From positions 34,303 to 98,302 of the forward strand of contig CAZJQN010000001.1 of the NCBI GenBank assembly GCA_964548125.1: 64,000 bases of DNA, read 5' to 3'. The notes beneath the pieces are model-generated. The model did no database searches and was not told the DNA's origin. It saw nothing but the letters and a program-made list of their open reading frames with translations. How positions within the stretch are numbered: position 1 is the stretch's first letter; each line of letters begins with the position of its first letter. The DNA is from an uncultured Bacteroidales bacterium. Lineage in GTDB: Bacteria; Bacteroidota; Bacteroidia; Bacteroidales; JAAYUG01. Shown here piece after piece: positions 62,754 to 64,000 of the stretch. The translations under genes were made by a program, and so were the position numbers.

Positions 62754-62951
62754 CTAGCCATAAAACATATACTCTGTTTCAGTTCTTATCTTAATTCCTT
62801 TTCTTATCAATTCTTTTTTTTTCAATCTGTTCTTCTCGTTCCGATACTCAATAAACCATGTAGAATCAAGTATTTCTTCGAATTTATCTCTTGTAGAGAA
62901 AGCCAGGTTTAAATTTACAATTTCATTTGGTAAAATGTTCATATTCACCAA
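62754..62951 (-). CDS. Doubtful short ORF (hypothetical)
   Basis: 65 aa with a TTG start (first ATG at 62942). It is AT-rich, Lys-rich and has no recognisable motif. It is listed only because it is the sole ORF in this gap. Confidence 0.2.
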   Translation of the reverse strand: MVNMNILPNEIVNLNLAFSTRDKFEEILDSTWFIEYRNEKNRLKKKELIRKGIKIRTETEYMFYG

Positions 62952-63306
62952 ATTTTCTGCAGGGGTAGCGAATTGGCCAAATTTTCTTGTATTTTTATTT
63001 ATAAATCGTTCTATATTAACGCTTAGTATATTGATATTTATACAAATGTTTCTATCAATTTTCCGGGTACCCGGTTACTGAAATTTGTAGCAACCCCATT
63101 CATATTAGTTTGCCTGAGCTACCATTACGGGTAATCAGGGATTAACATTCCGGCAATAGGCTGAACATTGTTCATTCGGGAGTAGAAAAAAGAAAAGCAA
63201 AAAGTACTTTGATTACATTGAAACCTGGTACCGGAGTGTAAACAAATACTCTTCTGATCGTGTTTTTCTTTCTAATTTCTGATAACGACCTGATAATAGT
63301 AATTAT

Positions 63307-63352
63307 AAAAAAACAGGTCTGTATCATATTTAGCATACAGGCCTGTTTTTTT
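63307..63352. terminator. Bidirectional intrinsic terminator downstream of tRNA-Arg
   Basis: ACAGGTCTGTAT (63313-63324) and ATACAGGCCTGT (63335-63346) form a 12-bp stem with one G-U and a 10-nt loop. An A-run lies on the left and a T-run on the right, so either strand reads a hairpin plus U-tract. Confidence 0.75.
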
Positions 63353-63358
63353 CTTGCG

Positions 63359-63432
63359 TGATCCGGGCGGGATTCGAACCCACGACCCGCAGCTTAGAAG
63401 GCTGCTGCTCTATCCAGCTGAGCTACCGGACC
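63359..63432 (-). tRNA. tRNA-Arg (anticodon TCT)
   Basis: The reverse complement is GGTCCGGTAGCTCAGCTGGATAGAGCAGCAGCCTTCTAAGCTGCGGGTCGTGGGTTCGAATCCCGCCCGGATCA. It folds by hand into a 74-nt cloverleaf:
- 7-bp acceptor stem
- GCTC/GAGC D stem
- GCAGC/GCTGC anticodon stem with loop CTTCTAA
- GTGGG/CCCGC T stem with loop TTCGAAT
No CCA is encoded. Confidence 0.95.
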
Positions 63433-63518
63433 AGTTATATTATACCGATCAGGGCATCGGGCGTGCAAAAGTACAATTTCTCTTTTTATCTGCAAAAGGG
63501 TAATAACGCTCAAATGTT

Positions 63519-64000
63519 TCAATGGTTTTTGTAATACGCTACTAATCCCTTGTTTTTGACAATATCCATGAGTGTTTCAGGCAGAGGGGGAAATGTGAAG
63601 ATAGTGTCATTTAGAAGGATTTCTCCTTTTTCGGGCCGGATGGTGACCATATCACCCGGTTTATAGGCATTTACCAATTCGGGATTTACCAGAAGAAGCA
63701 GGCCCTGATTGATGCACGAACGATAAAAAATCCGGTTCACTGATTTGACGATCACTGCTTTCACTCCGGCATGGGCCAGACCTACGGCAGGGTGTTCGCG
63801 TGAACTGCCGCAGCCAAAGTTTTCTCCTGCAATGATGATGTCTCCTGCCTCCACTTTACCTGCGAAATTTTCATCAAATCCTTTGAAAAGATGGGGTCGT
63901 ATGGCATCAGCGTCCGAGCTGAGTATATTATAGGTCAGATTCCCGGCAAACATCTGGTCGGTATTGAGGTGATCAATATCAGCGTAGTTCCAGATATTTC
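63519..64000 (-). CDS. leuD: 3-isopropylmalate dehydratase small subunit (aconitase swivel domain), 5' end outside window
   Basis: FGCGSSREHPAVGLAHAGVKAVIVKSVNRIFYRSCINQGL is present. The frame stays open upstream of the Met at 63953 to the window edge (...NIWNYADIDHLNTDQMFAG), so the true start lies beyond 64000. Confidence 0.8.
   Translation of the reverse strand, partial: NIWNYADIDHLNTDQMFAGNLTYNILSSDADAIRPHLFKGFDENFAGKVEAGDIIIAGENFGCGSSREHPAVGLAHAGVKAVIVKSVNRIFYRSCINQGLLLLVNPELVNAYKPGDMVTIRPEKGEILLNDTIFTFPPLPETLMDIVKNKGLVAYYKNH

Noticed and set aside
63114-63123. CTGAGCTACC, a 10-nt match to the 5' half of tRNA-Arg (63418-63427), as a possible att site or tRNA fragment
   Set aside because: The match covers the conserved D-arm region common to many tRNAs, not the 3' end used by integrases. 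The flanking sequence does not fold into a tRNA, and no integrase is present.

Overview
This 64-kb window looks like chromosomal DNA from a member of the Bacteroidota. The evidence is a SusC/SusD pair, a T9SS type-B (gliding-motility C-terminal domain) cargo protein, TTTG/TAnnTTTG-type promoter boxes, and adjacent PPDK and PEPCK genes. It is mostly densely packed housekeeping genes:
- a glycine/serine block (gcvT, ComB-like phosphatase, serC, serA, DUF1015, yggS)
- ppdK and pckA
- plsY, cdaA-folP, tmk, tpiA, prmA, rsmE, uvrA, nth
- a six-gene Phe/Tyr operon (pheA, DAHP synthase/chorismate mutase, aroB, aroD, aroC, tyrA)

I saw no rRNA, CRISPR array, transposase or phage genes. There is one tRNA, Arg-TCT on the minus strand.

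The most interesting signals are outside the ORF track:
1. A 16-codon FYFYFF leader peptide with mutually exclusive antiterminator and terminator hairpins lies directly upstream of the Phe/Tyr operon.
2. A 73-bp tandem repeat built around a perfect 18-bp palindrome sits in a divergent promoter region.
3. A 55-aa Arc/ribbon-helix-helix gene, below the ORF-track cutoff, follows an SPFH gene.

Accessory-looking content is limited to an AT-rich islet next to the tRNA (HEPN/MNT toxin-antitoxin pair, DinB, small ORFs) and a second AT-rich gap upstream of xerD. Several proteins have unusual architecture or no assignable function:
- a 1025-aa ABC fusion protein
- a ~1500-aa secreted protein
- an Hpt+STAS operon
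- a protein with an HNxxHxxGxxD motif

All functional calls rest on motif and family recognition by eye. No database search or folding calculation was run.
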